64,000 bases of DNA from Gemmatimonadaceae bacterium (lineage in GTDB: Bacteria > Gemmatimonadota > Gemmatimonadetes > Gemmatimonadales > Gemmatimonadaceae), in NCBI GenBank assembly GCA_040901985.1, contig JBBDYC010000019.1:111770-175769 (forward strand), in the 5' to 3' direction. The stretch's first letter is position 1. Each line of letters opens with the position of its first letter. The notes under the pieces are model-generated. The model saw only the letters and a list, made by a program, of their open reading frames with translations. It did no database searches and was not told where the DNA came from. The position numbers and the translations under genes are program-made. This document shows positions 19,942 through 30,261 of the stretch, piece after piece.

Positions 19942-20973
19942 GTGCCATCCACCCCACCATCCGGGACCGCGCGTCCGCCCCTCCGCCTTGGCGTCCTCGG
20001 CCTTGGCGCCATCGCCCAGATGGCGCACCTGCCCGTGCTGAGCAAGATGCGCGGGGTCCAGATTGCGGCGCTCTGCGACAACGACTCGGCCAAGGCCCGC
20101 TCGCTCGCCCAGCGCTTTGGCGTCCGCGACACCTGCTCAGACATTGATGAGCTGCTCGAGATTGACGGACTCGACGCGGTCATCGTGGCGACCCCCAACC
20201 ACCTCCACGAGGTGCACGTGCTCTCGACGCTGCGCGCCAAGCTGCACGTGCTCTGCGAGCGGCCCCTCGCCCTCAACGCGCGCGGCGTCGAACGGCTCGT
20301 CACGGCCGCCGAGAAGGTGGACCGGGTGATGATGGTCGCCAACAATCACCGCTTCCGACACGAAGCGCAGACGCTCGACGCGTTCCTCCGCGGTGGGGAA
20401 CTCGGCAAGATCAGTGCGGTGCGCGCCGGGGCGTATCGGCGCCGAGGCGAGGTGGCGCCGTGGCGGCTGCGCCGCCCCGAGGCGGGGGGCGGCGCCTTCC
20501 TCGAGCTCGGGCTGCCGCTGCTGGACCTCGCCGGCTGGCTGACCGACTTTCCCCGCGTCGTCCGCGTCAGCGCCTCGATGGAGCGCGCGCGCGGCGCCAC
20601 GGCGGTCGAGGAGGCGGCCATTGTCTTCATCGAGTGCCAGGGCGGCTTCACCGTCACCATTGATGTGCGCTGGAACTACGTCGGGGACGATGACCGGTGG
20701 TGGTTCGAAGTGATCGGCTCACAGGGCTCGGCGCGCCTCTCGCCGTTGCGCATCACCAAGGAGATCCACGGGAACGCGGTGGACGTCTCGCCGAGCGGCG
20801 CCGCGCAGCGCGACACCCTGTTCATCCAGTCGTACCGCTCGGAGCTCGCCCACTTCCTGGCGGCGGTCCGCGGCGAGACGCCGTACGAGCCGGCGAAGGA
20901 CCAAGTCCGTGTCTACAAGCTGCTCGACCTCATCTACAAGGCGGCCGACGACGCGAAGGAGCAGCGCCTGTGA
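19942..20973 (+). CDS. Gfo/Idh/MocA family oxidoreductase
   Basis: GVLGLGAIA, ATPNHLH, HVLCERP, GGGAFLELG. Confidence 0.9.
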   Translation: MPSTPPSGTARPPLRLGVLGLGAIAQMAHLPVLSKMRGVQIAALCDNDSAKARSLAQRFGVRDTCSDIDELLEIDGLDAVIVATPNHLHEVHVLSTLRAKLHVLCERPLALNARGVERLVTAAEKVDRVMMVANNHRFRHEAQTLDAFLRGGELGKISAVRAGAYRRRGEVAPWRLRRPEAGGGAFLELGLPLLDLAGWLTDFPRVVRVSASMERARGATAVEEAAIVFIECQGGFTVTIDVRWNYVGDDDRWWFEVIGSQGSARLSPLRITKEIHGNAVDVSPSGAAQRDTLFIQSYRSELAHFLAAVRGETPYEPAKDQVRVYKLLDLIYKAADDAKEQRL

Positions 20974-22223
20974 GGATCCGCGGCGCGCTCGCGGCCGCCG
21001 TCGCCTGGTCCCTTGCGACCGCATCCCTCGGCGCCCAGGGACCCGGCGCCCGAGCGCCGGGGGCCCCGGTACCCGGCGCGACCATCCGCATCTCGGTGCT
21101 GACGATCGGCCAGGGCGACCTCGTCTTCGAGAACTTCGGCCACAACGCGCTGCGGGTGCAGGACCCGTCCATCGGCCTCGACATCGCCTATAACTGGGGG
21201 AGCTTCTCGTTCGAGCAGCCGCGGTTCATCCGACGCTTCCTCTCCGGCGACACGCAGTATTGGGTCGAGGGCATCGCAACCGACCGGCTCGTGCAGGCCT
21301 ATGTGTTCCGTGACCGGGAGATTCACGAGCAGGAACTGAACCTGACGCCGGCGCAACGCACGGAACTCGCGGCGCTCGCCGCCGAGAACGCGCTCGAGGC
21401 CAACAAGTACTATCGCTACGACTACTTCCGCGACAACTGCTCGACGCGCCTGCGCGACATCCTCGACACGGTGCTCGGTGGCTCCCTCGAACGGAGCTTC
21501 TCGCCGTTGCGCACGAGTTGGACCTACCGGAGCGAGGCGGTGCGCCTGACCGCGCCGAGCCGCTTCCCGCAGGCCGGCATTGATGTGGCGCTGGGACAGA
21601 AGGCCGACGTCCAGCTGACGGCGTGGGAGGCGATGTTCATCCCGATGCGGCTCCGCGACTACCTCCGCGACGTCACGGTCGCCGGGCCGGACGGCCGCGC
21701 CGAGCCGCTCGTGCTCGATGAGCGCCTCCTCTACCGGGCGCAGCGCGCGCCGGAGCTGCCGGAGCGCCGCGGCCTCGCCCTCGGCGCCTGGGGCCCCGTC
21801 CTTGGCGCCTGGATGCTCCTGCTCGCGCCGGTGAGCGCCGCCTCGCGGCGCCGGTCGCGCATTCCCGCCGCGGTAATGGCCTTCGTCTGGTATGCCCTGG
21901 TTGGCGTCATCGGCCTCCTCGTGCTCGCGATGTGGGTGGGGTCGGCGCACGTCTTCTGGTACAACAACCTCAACCTGCTGATTGTCTCGCCGCTCGGCCT
22001 CGTCGCCGCCTATCCGGTGGCGCGCGCCGTCTTCCGCGGGTCGCTCGACCTCGTCGCGCTGGGCCTGCTGACGGCGCTGACCGCGATGGCGGTGATTGCG
22101 CTCGTGATCGCGCCATTCGTGTCGCAGCGGCTGGGCGGGCCGCTCCTGCTCTTCCTTCCGGCGCAGCTCGGATTGGCGGTGGCGGTCTGGCGTCACACCC
22201 GGCCCGTCGCGGCGGCCGCCTGA
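20970..22223 (+). CDS. DUF4105 domain membrane protein (Lnb-type lipoprotein N-acyltransferase-like)
   Basis: FGHNALR, YNWGSF, YRYDYFRDNCSTR, MFIP, followed by C-terminal TM helices with WYNNLNLL. Confidence 0.82.
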   Translation: MRIRGALAAAVAWSLATASLGAQGPGARAPGAPVPGATIRISVLTIGQGDLVFENFGHNALRVQDPSIGLDIAYNWGSFSFEQPRFIRRFLSGDTQYWVEGIATDRLVQAYVFRDREIHEQELNLTPAQRTELAALAAENALEANKYYRYDYFRDNCSTRLRDILDTVLGGSLERSFSPLRTSWTYRSEAVRLTAPSRFPQAGIDVALGQKADVQLTAWEAMFIPMRLRDYLRDVTVAGPDGRAEPLVLDERLLYRAQRAPELPERRGLALGAWGPVLGAWMLLLAPVSAASRRRSRIPAAVMAFVWYALVGVIGLLVLAMWVGSAHVFWYNNLNLLIVSPLGLVAAYPVARAVFRGSLDLVALGLLTALTAMAVIALVIAPFVSQRLGGPLLLFLPAQLGLAVAVWRHTRPVAAAA

Positions 22224-24151
22224 GCCGGCCGGGACTCGCCGCCGGGGTGGACGTCGGCGGCACCTTCACCGATCGCGCCGGCATCGCCCCCGACGGCCGG
22301 GTCTGGGCGCACAAGGTGCTCTCCACGCCGGCCGACCAGGGCGACGCCGTCGTCGCGTCGCTTCTCGGCCTGCCGGGGCCGCTCGAGCGCCTCGTGCACG
22401 GGACCACCGTCGTCACGAATCTCCTGCTCGAACGCAAGGGTGCGCGGGTGGTGCTCTGCGCGACGGCGGGCGCCAGCGACCTGCTCGAACTCCGGCGGCA
22501 GGACCGCGCGTCCCTCTACGACCTCGCCGCACGGCATCCGGCGGCGCTCGTCCCGCCGGAGCGCGTCGTTGCCGTGGGCGAGCGCCGCACGCCGACCGGC
22601 GTCGCGCTCGCGCTCGACGCGACGGAGATCGCCCGCGCGGTGCGGGCCGCGCTCGAGCGCGACCCCGAGGTCGTCGTCGTGGCCTTCCTCCACGCCTACG
22701 AGGACGACGCGCACGAGCGCGCGCTGGCCGACGCGTTGCGCGCGGCGCGGCCGGCGCTCGTCGTCGTCAGCGCCACCGCGGTGTTGCCCGAGATCCGCGA
22801 GTACGAGCGGACGGCCACCGCGGTCGCCGAGGGCTACGCGCGGCCGGCCGTCCAGCGCTACCTCGAGCGCCTCTCGGCGCGCCTGCGCGCGGCCGGCCAC
22901 CCGACGCCGGCGGTGATGACCTCCAGTGGCGGGATGCGAAGCGCCGACGAGGCCGCCACGCACGCGGCGTCGCTCGCGCTCTCGGGGCCGGCAGGCGGCG
23001 TCGTCGGCGCGGCGGCGGTGCTGCGCGCCCTTGGGCGCGACGACGCGTTGACGATTGACATCGGCGGGACCAGCGCGGACGCCGGCCTGGTGCTCGGCGG
23101 CGAGCCGCTGGTCGAGCCGGGCGGCGAGGTGGCCGGCGTGCCGATTGCGTTGCCCCGGGTGCTCGTCGAGACGGTCTCGGCCGGTGGCGGGAGCATCGCC
23201 TGGGTGGACGACGGCGGCGCGCTGCGCGTCGGGCCCGCGAGCGCCGGCGCGCACCCCGGGCCGGTCGCGTTCGGCCAGGGCGGAGTCGAGGTCACCGTCA
23301 CCGACGCGCAACTGGCGCTCGGCCGGATCGGCGACGGCGCGATGAGCGGTGGCGTGACGATTGACCGCCGCGCCGCCGCGCGCGCGGTCGCGGCGCTCGC
23401 CGAGCGCCTCGGTGCGCCGGCCGATCGCACGGCGCAGGCCATCGTTGACATCGCCGACGCCGGGATGGCGCGCGCGCTCCGCCGCGTGAGCGTGGACCGT
23501 GGCGTGGATCCGCGCTCCTGCACCCTGGTCGCGTTCGGCGGCGGTGGACCGCTGCACGCCTGCGCCCTCGCCGATGCGCTGGCGATGCCGACCATCCTCG
23601 TGCCGCCGCACGCCGGGGTGTTGAGCGCGGTGGGGCTGGCGCTCGCGCCCGAGCGCCGCGAGACCGCGATGAGTCTGCTCCTGCCGACCGACGCGCTGGA
23701 CGTGGCGGGGCTCGCCGCGCACTGCGCGGCGCTCGCGTCTGGCGTCAGCGGCGCCGACCGCCAGTGGATTGCCCGAATGCGCTTTGTCGGCCAGGGACAC
23801 GAACTCGACGTCGCCGTCACCACAGGGGACGACGGCGCGGCGCTCCGCGCGCGCTTCGTGGCGCAGCATCAGGCGCGCTACGGATTTGCGCTCGACCGTG
23901 CCGCCGAGGTGGTGGCGCTGCGCCACGTCGCGGGCGAGCCGGGGGCGACCGCGCGGTTCTCGCGGGACGCGGTCGCCCCGGCGTGGGATGCGCGCACCCG
24001 CACCGACCACGGTGGCCCGGCGCCGGATGTCATCGTCGTCGGCCCGGCGACGATTGTCCTCCCCGACGCCACGCTCTGGGTGGCCGACGGCTGGACTGCG
24101 TCGGCCCTGCCGATCGGCGGCTGGCTCCTCGAACGCGGCGCGGCGCGATGA
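22220..24151 (+). CDS. Hydantoinase/oxoprolinase subunit A
   Basis: GVDVGGTFTD, HGTTVVTN, EIREYERT, LSGPAGG, DIGGTS, SAGGGS, FGGGGPLH. Start probably CTG overlapping the upstream TGA. Confidence 0.9.
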   Translation: MSRPGLAAGVDVGGTFTDRAGIAPDGRVWAHKVLSTPADQGDAVVASLLGLPGPLERLVHGTTVVTNLLLERKGARVVLCATAGASDLLELRRQDRASLYDLAARHPAALVPPERVVAVGERRTPTGVALALDATEIARAVRAALERDPEVVVVAFLHAYEDDAHERALADALRAARPALVVVSATAVLPEIREYERTATAVAEGYARPAVQRYLERLSARLRAAGHPTPAVMTSSGGMRSADEAATHAASLALSGPAGGVVGAAAVLRALGRDDALTIDIGGTSADAGLVLGGEPLVEPGGEVAGVPIALPRVLVETVSAGGGSIAWVDDGGALRVGPASAGAHPGPVAFGQGGVEVTVTDAQLALGRIGDGAMSGGVTIDRRAAARAVAALAERLGAPADRTAQAIVDIADAGMARALRRVSVDRGVDPRSCTLVAFGGGGPLHACALADALAMPTILVPPHAGVLSAVGLALAPERRETAMSLLLPTDALDVAGLAAHCAALASGVSGADRQWIARMRFVGQGHELDVAVTTGDDGAALRARFVAQHQARYGFALDRAAEVVALRHVAGEPGATARFSRDAVAPAWDARTRTDHGGPAPDVIVVGPATIVLPDATLWVADGWTASALPIGGWLLERGAAR

Positions 24152-25703
24152 GCGACGCGCTCTCGCTCGCCGTCTGGTCCTCCGCCCTCTCGATGATTGC
24201 CGAGGAGATGGGAGGCGTGCTGGTGCGCGGCGCGCTCTCGCCCAATATCCGCGAGCGGCGCGACGCCTCGTGCGCCCTCTTCGACGCCGAGGGCCGGATG
24301 ATCGCGCAGGCGGCGCACATCCCGGTGCACCTCGGCGCGCTCCCCGAGGCCGTGCGCGCGGTGCGTCGGCGCGACCCGCGGCCGGGCGATCTCTTCCTGC
24401 TCAACAGTCCCTGGGATGGCGGGTCGCACCTCCCCGACCTCACGATGATCGAGGCGATCGCCGACGGCGGGAGGCTGGCGGGCTACGCGGTGGTCCGCGC
24501 GCACCACGCCGACGTCGGCGGGATGAGTCCCGGCTCGATGCCGCAGGGTGTCACCGAGCTCGTGCAGGAAGGGCTGATCCTGCCGCCGGTGCGCCTGGAA
24601 CGCGAGGGCGTGCCCGATGCCGACCTCCTGGCGCTCGTGCTGGCGAACGTGCGCACCCCCGACGAGCGGCGGGGTGACCTGGCGGCCCAGCGCGCGGCCT
24701 GCGCGGCCGGCGCCGCCGGATGGCGCGCCCTGCTCGCGCGGGAGGGGCGCGCGCGCGTGGACGCCGCCGCCACGGCGCTCCTGGACTACGCCGAGCGCCG
24801 GGCCGCGACGCGCCTGACCGAGCTGGGCGCCGTGACCGGCGTTGCCGAGGATGCCCTCGAGGGCGACGGCGTGAGCGACGCGCCGGTGCCGCTCCGCGTG
24901 GCGCTTGCGGTGCGCGACGGCGCGTTGCATCTCGACTTCGCCGGCACCGCCCCGATGGTGCGCGGCAACGTGAACTGCCCGGTCCAGGTCACACGCGCCG
25001 CCGCGCTCTTCGTCCTCCGTTCACTCCTCAGCGACGACGTCCCGACCAACGACGGCGTCGCCCGGGTGATCCGGATCGTCACGCCGGACGACTGTTGCCT
25101 CGCCGCGCGGGCGCCCGCCGCCGTCGCGGCCGGAAACGTCGAGATGAGCCAGCGCATCACCGATCTCCTCTTCGCCGCCTTCGCGGCCGCCGGCGTGGCG
25201 GTCCCGGCCCAGGGGCAGGGGACGATGAACAACGTGACCTTCGGCGGAGCGGGGTGGACCTTCTATGAGACGCTCGGCGGCGGCCAGGGGGCGAGCGCGG
25301 CGGGCCCGGGGCCCGACGCCGTCCACGTCGGGATGAGCAACACGCGTAACACGCCGATCGAGTCGCTCGAGCGTGCCTACCCAATCGTCGTCGAGGCCTA
25401 TGCGATCCGGCGCGGATCGGGCGGGGCAGGACGCCACGCGGGCGGCAACGGGGTCGTGAGACGCTACCGGGTGCTCGAGCCCTGTACCGTCACCCTGCTC
25501 ACCGAACGGCGCCGGCGGGCCCCCCAAGGCGCCGCCGGGGGCGCCCCCCCCCCCCCCCCCCCGGGGGCGCCCCCGGCGCGACCGGCGAGAACCTGCTGAA
25601 CGGCGAACCCCTGCCGGCCAAGTGTCACCGCGAGTTGCGGGCCGGCGATGTGCTCGAGATCCGCACGCCCGGCGGCGGCGGCTGGGGCGCACCCGCCGCC
25701 TGA
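24148..25703 (+). CDS. Hydantoinase B/oxoprolinase subunit B, frameshifted at poly-C tract 25544-25562 (artifact or pseudogene)
   Basis: [47 protein letters not shown]. The conserved end GENLLNG...TPGGGGWG lies in another frame, ending TGA 25701-25703. Confidence 0.88.
25544..25562 (+). repeat. C19 homopolymer between two copies of CCGGGGGCGCCCCC
   Basis: Read directly; copies at 25535-25548 and 25561-25574. Confidence 0.95.
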
Positions 25704-25713
25704 CGCGCGCCGG

Positions 25714-27702
25714 TCAGGGCTGCGTGGGGGTCGCCGACGTGAGCCGCCGCTTCGTCCCCTCGCTCGGCGTCACGCGCGAGAACACCTTGGCGTCAATGAA
25801 GGTCTGGAGCAGCGTCTGGTCGATCAACCCACCCTTGGCCTCGGCCTGCAGGATGTCGAGCGCGCGGTCGTTGGACACGGCGCGCTTGTACGGCCGGTCG
25901 GTCGCGGTCAGCGCGTCGTAGATGTCGGAGATCGTCATCATCCGCGTCTGGATCGGGATCTCCGCCGCCGGGACGCCGCGCGGGTAGCCCGTGCCGTCGA
26001 GCTTCTCGTGATGGCCGAAGGCGATGGACGGGATGCCCCGCAATTCGCGCGTCCACGGGATCTCGTCGAGAAAGCGATACGTGTGCGTGACGTGCGACTC
26101 GATCTCCCGCCGCTCGCGGGCGTCGAGGTTCCCCTTGTTGATCATCAGGAAGCGCAGCTCGTCCTCCGAGAGGAGCGCACGCACCACCCCGTCGAAGTCC
26201 GTGTAGGTCTGCTGGTTGATCACCGTGAGCTCGTCAAACGTCCCCTCGGGGAGGATCGTCGGCTCGTTGGCGCGGACGATCGCGTCGAGCCAACGCATCA
26301 GCTCGTCGCGCCGTACGCGCCGCAGCTCATCGAGTCGCGCCACCGTCTCGCCGTAGTCACGCGGCCCGTGCGAGGCGAGGTGCTCGGCGCGTTCGCGCTC
26401 AAACTCAAGGTCCGCCTGCTGCAGCAGGTAATGGAACCGGTGGCGGACGATCGTCAGGTCGTGATGGTAGAGCTTCTTCTGCTTGACCAGCACCTGTTCG
26501 CGCACGCCGACCTTCCCGAAGTCGTGGAGCAGCCCCGCGTAGCGCAACTCCCGGAGCTGCTCGCGCGTGAACGTCACGTCGCCGTACGGTCCGGCGCGGT
26601 AGCCATCCACCGCCTCGGCGAGGCCCGTGGTGAGCGTCGCCACCCGGAACGAATGGCCCGAGGTGGTGGGGTCGCGCGACTCGATCGCGGTGACGGCCGC
26701 GGTGACGAATCCCTCGAAGAGGCGCTCGATGTCCTCGTGGAGGCGGCTGTTCTCGATCGCCACCGCGGCCTGGGCGGCGAGTGCCGCCACCAAGTCGGCC
26801 GAGCGCTGGTCGAACGGCAGGACCTGCGCGTCCACCACCGCCGACGAGGTCAGCTGGACCTCCGGGTTGCGCTTGCGGTTGATCAGCTGGACGACGCCGA
26901 TCACCTCGTCGCGCAGGGTGTGCATCGGGAACACGAGCACGGACTTCGTGCGATACCCGAACTTGTCGTCAAACGACCGGTTCTGCCGGTACGACACGTT
27001 CTCCGGCAGGAGGTAGACGTCGGCGATCGTCAGCGGCTCGCCGGTCGCCGCGACGTGCCCCGCGAGACTGGTGTGGTCAATCGGGATGGTGTACTCGCTG
27101 AACGGCAGGTCGGGGAGGGTCGCGTTCTGCGAGAGCTTGAAGCGGAGCGCCGTGGCATTGCCCTCCTCGTCGTCGCGCTCGGCGAGGTAGAGCGAGCCGG
27201 CGTCGGCGCCCGAGAGCCGCCGCGCCTGCGTCAGGATCATCCCCAGCAGCGTGTCGAGGTCGCGTTCCGTGCCGAGCGCGGCGCCCACCCGCGAGAGTTC
27301 CCGGAGGTCGTCTGCCGAGGAGCGTTCGAGGCGGTTGGCGCGGTCCGCCGCGAGCAACGCCGAGGCGTGGCGGAGGGCGCCGTGGAGCGCCGCTCGGCCT
27401 TGGCCCGGCGTCGCCGTCGCGGGGAGCCACGAGGTGAGCCCCGCCTCGCGAAGCACGTCCGACGGCTCGAGCTGTCCGGCGTCGCCGACGCCGATCAGCG
27501 CCGTACACTCGGCCAGCGCCGCCAGCTCCCCGGACGGCGCCGCCAGCGCGTCGTCCACCACGATCACCGTCAGGCGCTCCCGGTCAATGGACGCCGCGGC
27601 GGGAAGACTCGCGATGCGGCGCACCTCGAGCGTGCCTCCCGCACCGAGCGTGGGGAAGGCGGTGAGGGTGCGGCCTTCAGGGACGAGAACGAGTGGCTGC
27701 AC
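25714..27702 (-). CDS. GAF + HD-GYP domain cyclic dinucleotide phosphodiesterase
   Basis: GAF (GSLYL, SLAGHVA, IGVVQLINRK), SGHSFRV, LLHDFGK, HHEKLDGTGYP, DIYDALTATDRPYK. Confidence 0.92.
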   Translation of the reverse strand: MQPLVLVPEGRTLTAFPTLGAGGTLEVRRIASLPAAASIDRERLTVIVVDDALAAPSGELAALAECTALIGVGDAGQLEPSDVLREAGLTSWLPATATPGQGRAALHGALRHASALLAADRANRLERSSADDLRELSRVGAALGTERDLDTLLGMILTQARRLSGADAGSLYLAERDDEEGNATALRFKLSQNATLPDLPFSEYTIPIDHTSLAGHVAATGEPLTIADVYLLPENVSYRQNRSFDDKFGYRTKSVLVFPMHTLRDEVIGVVQLINRKRNPEVQLTSSAVVDAQVLPFDQRSADLVAALAAQAAVAIENSRLHEDIERLFEGFVTAAVTAIESRDPTTSGHSFRVATLTTGLAEAVDGYRAGPYGDVTFTREQLRELRYAGLLHDFGKVGVREQVLVKQKKLYHHDLTIVRHRFHYLLQQADLEFERERAEHLASHGPRDYGETVARLDELRRVRRDELMRWLDAIVRANEPTILPEGTFDELTVINQQTYTDFDGVVRALLSEDELRFLMINKGNLDARERREIESHVTHTYRFLDEIPWTRELRGIPSIAFGHHEKLDGTGYPRGVPAAEIPIQTRMMTISDIYDALTATDRPYKRAVSNDRALDILQAEAKGGLIDQTLLQTFIDAKVFSRVTPSEGTKRRLTSATPTQP

Positions 27703-27796
27703 GGGAGGGGGATGAGGAAACCGCCGACACCCCTTGGTTCAGGGCGTCGGCGGCTCCAAGGTTATCGCGGGGGTGCGGCGCCCCGCCAGTGACCGC

Positions 27797-28510
27797 TCAG
27801 CCGCCGGCTTCGAGTTTGGCCTTCGCCGTCTTCGCGTCCTCGAAGTCCGGGAAGCGCGCGATGGTCTGATTGAAGAGCGAGATCGCCTCCTGGCGGTTCC
27901 CGGCGTCCTGGGCGCTGATCGCGCGCGAGTACATCATCACGGCCTGGAACGGAACGCGCTGTTGCCGCTCCGCGCGCGCCTCGCTCGACTGCCGCGCCTG
28001 CGGCGTCAGGTCGGGGAGCTTGAGTCCGCGATTCGCCGCGGCGGCGACCTTCGCGACCAGCGCGAGGAAGTTGTCTGTCTTGTCCCGATCCATATGTGTC
28101 CACTCGATCCGCGACGTCTCGACGTCAATGGACTTGAGCGTCAGCACCATCGTGCCGGAGCGGTCGGTGATGAACGACCCGGTCACCATATGCTTCGCGC
28201 CGAGGAGGCGACCGATCCGCGCCGCCGTGGCGTCGTCCACCCGACCGTCGCGGGCCAGGTTCTGCTCCTCAAGGAGACGCTGGATGTTCTCCCGCTCCAC
28301 CACGCGGATCGCCGGATTCTGCGCCAGCTCGGTGAGCAGGAGGTCCGCGATCCCCTTGGAGAGCGGGGCCAATTCGTCGGTCGCGGTGCCGATCGCGCTG
28401 TTCACGAACGGCAGCACGGCCACCGTGGGCCGCAGGTCCGCCTGCTGTGCCGCGGCCGAGGCCGAGAGCAGCGACAGGACAGCGGTGGCTCGAGCGATCT
28501 GCTTCAGCAT
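27797..28510 (-). CDS. Exported CsgG/HfaB-like (TolB-N-like) protein with C-terminal TPR-like helices
   Basis: Signal peptide; TVAVLPFVN, IRVVERENIQRLLEEQ, AARIGRLLGAKHMVTGSF. Confidence 0.8.
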   Translation of the reverse strand: MLKQIARATAVLSLLSASAAAQQADLRPTVAVLPFVNSAIGTATDELAPLSKGIADLLLTELAQNPAIRVVERENIQRLLEEQNLARDGRVDDATAARIGRLLGAKHMVTGSFITDRSGTMVLTLKSIDVETSRIEWTHMDRDKTDNFLALVAKVAAAANRGLKLPDLTPQARQSSEARAERQQRVPFQAVMMYSRAISAQDAGNRQEAISLFNQTIARFPDFEDAKTAKAKLEAGG

Positions 28511-28527
28511 CACGTCCTCCGGAGAGG

Positions 28528-29403
28528 TTAGAGAGTCAGGGCCATGCCTTCCGCCGCGGCGATCACCTGCACCTTCCCGCCGCGGTCCTTCACCTGCGCC
28601 CGGCACTGGGCCAGGCAGGTCTCCAACTGGTCGTCCGTCCGCCGCGGCTCGTGGTGAAACAACACCAGCGTCCGCACCTCAGCGTCCAGCGCCAGCTCCA
28701 CCGCGTCGGCGTACGTCGAATGCCCCCACCCGCGATGATGATCGTACTCCTCGGTCGTGTACGTGGCGTCGTGGATCAGGACCGATGCCCCCCGCACGAA
28801 CCCCACCATATTCGCCCGCCAGTCGGCGGCCGAGCCGTACCGGTCGTGTGGTGCCAGCTCATTGTCCGACACGTACACCAACGCCCCGTCACTCGCGCCC
28901 GGATGGATGAACCGATAGCCCAGCGCGCCCCCCGGATGCTGCACGGCGAACGCCGTCACCTCGTAACCCGTCCCCTCACACCGGGTCCCCACCGCCAGAT
29001 CCCGGAAGTCAATCGTCGATTCGAGCTGCTCGAACGTCACCGGAAAGACCACCGGCGACATCTGGTCCCGCACCACCTTGCCAACGCTCTGTTCAAGCGA
29101 CTCCGACCCCCAGATGGTGAAGTGGTTCCCCTTGCCGAAGATCGGCGCGAAGAACGGGATCCCCTGGATGTGGTCCCAGTGCGCGTGCGTCAGGAAGATG
29201 TCTCCCCGGATCGGCGCGCCATTCGACCGCTCCAGCAGCGTCCGCCCCAGCTCGCGAATCCCCGTCCCGGCGTCCAGGATGATCAACCACCCGGCCTCGG
29301 TCCGCAGTTCCACGCACGGGGTGTTCCCGCCGTACCGCACCGTCTGCGCACCCGGCGTCGGGATGGACCCCCGCGTTCCCCAGAAGCGAACCCGCCAGGT
29401 CAT
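28528..29403 (-). CDS. MBL-fold metallo-hydrolase (phosphodiesterase-like)
   Basis: FWGTRGSIP, YGGNTPCV, LDAGTG, THAHWDHIQG, WGHST, LFHHEP. Confidence 0.92.
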   Translation of the reverse strand: MTWRVRFWGTRGSIPTPGAQTVRYGGNTPCVELRTEAGWLIILDAGTGIRELGRTLLERSNGAPIRGDIFLTHAHWDHIQGIPFFAPIFGKGNHFTIWGSESLEQSVGKVVRDQMSPVVFPVTFEQLESTIDFRDLAVGTRCEGTGYEVTAFAVQHPGGALGYRFIHPGASDGALVYVSDNELAPHDRYGSAADWRANMVGFVRGASVLIHDATYTTEEYDHHRGWGHSTYADAVELALDAEVRTLVLFHHEPRRTDDQLETCLAQCRAQVKDRGGKVQVIAAAEGMALTL

Positions 29404-29487
29404 CGCGGCACCGAATGCACGCTGTAACTTGGCGTCCGGGGATGGCGGCGGCAAAGGCGAGGCATCACGGGGTCCTGGTGATGACGG

Positions 29488-30162
29488 TCACAGGCGCTGC
29501 TGGGACCGCTTTTCGAGCGCCGGGCGGTCGGTCACCCGGATCCGCCGCCGCTCGGTGGTGATCCAGCCGGACTCGACGAATTCCCGCATCGCTCGCGACA
29601 CCGTCTCCCGACTGGCCCCGATCACGTGGGCGATCGTCTGGTGCGTCAGCGCTGCCTCGATCACGTCGGACCCAGCCTCCGCCGCCGCATCGAGGATGAG
29701 ACGCGCAATGCGTCCGGGCACGTCGAGGAGCACCAGCGAGCCGATCTTCTCATCGGCCCGGCGCAGGCGGAGCGAGAGGTCGATCAGCAGCGCCCACGCC
29801 ACCGCCGGATTCTGCTCCACCCGCTTCCGAAAGTCGTCCCGCCGCAGCACCAGCAGGGTGCTGTCCTCCATCGCCACGACGTGCGCCGAGCGGGGCTGGT
29901 CGTCAATCAGCGCCAACTCGCCGAAATACTCGCCGACGCCGAGAATCCCAAGAATCACCTCCCGCCCGTCCTCGGCCACCAGCACGACCTTCACGCGCCC
30001 CTCGCGGACGACGAAGAGCGAGTCGCCGGGGTCGTCCTCGAAGAGGATCACGCTGCCCTTCGGGTAGGTCTTCTCGCGCGCCAGCAGGGAGAACGCCGCA
30101 ACCTCGTTGGGGGCGAGCGACTTGAAGAGCGGAACAGTGGAGAGGAAGTCGGCGGTGCTCAT
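29488..30162 (-). CDS. Crp/Fnr family transcriptional regulator (cNMP-binding)
   Basis: [14 protein letters not shown] cNMP pocket; HTH SRETVSR. Confidence 0.93.
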   Translation of the reverse strand: MSTADFLSTVPLFKSLAPNEVAAFSLLAREKTYPKGSVILFEDDPGDSLFVVREGRVKVVLVAEDGREVILGILGVGEYFGELALIDDQPRSAHVVAMEDSTLLVLRRDDFRKRVEQNPAVAWALLIDLSLRLRRADEKIGSLVLLDVPGRIARLILDAAAEAGSDVIEAALTHQTIAHVIGASRETVSRAMREFVESGWITTERRRIRVTDRPALEKRSQQRL

Positions 30163-30212
30163 CGGGCGCGGAGGGAGTTCGGCGGATTGTCGGACGCAGG
30201 GGACCCGGCGCG

Positions 30213-30241
30213 AAGGTATCCTCCCACGTGGGGGCTGTCAA
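30213..30241 (-). promoter_or_regulatory. Sigma-70-type promoter for the crp-like operon
   Basis: TTGACA-17 nt-TACCTT on the minus strand. Confidence 0.7.
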
Positions 30242-30261
30242 ACGTTCAAGGTGTTGTCACC

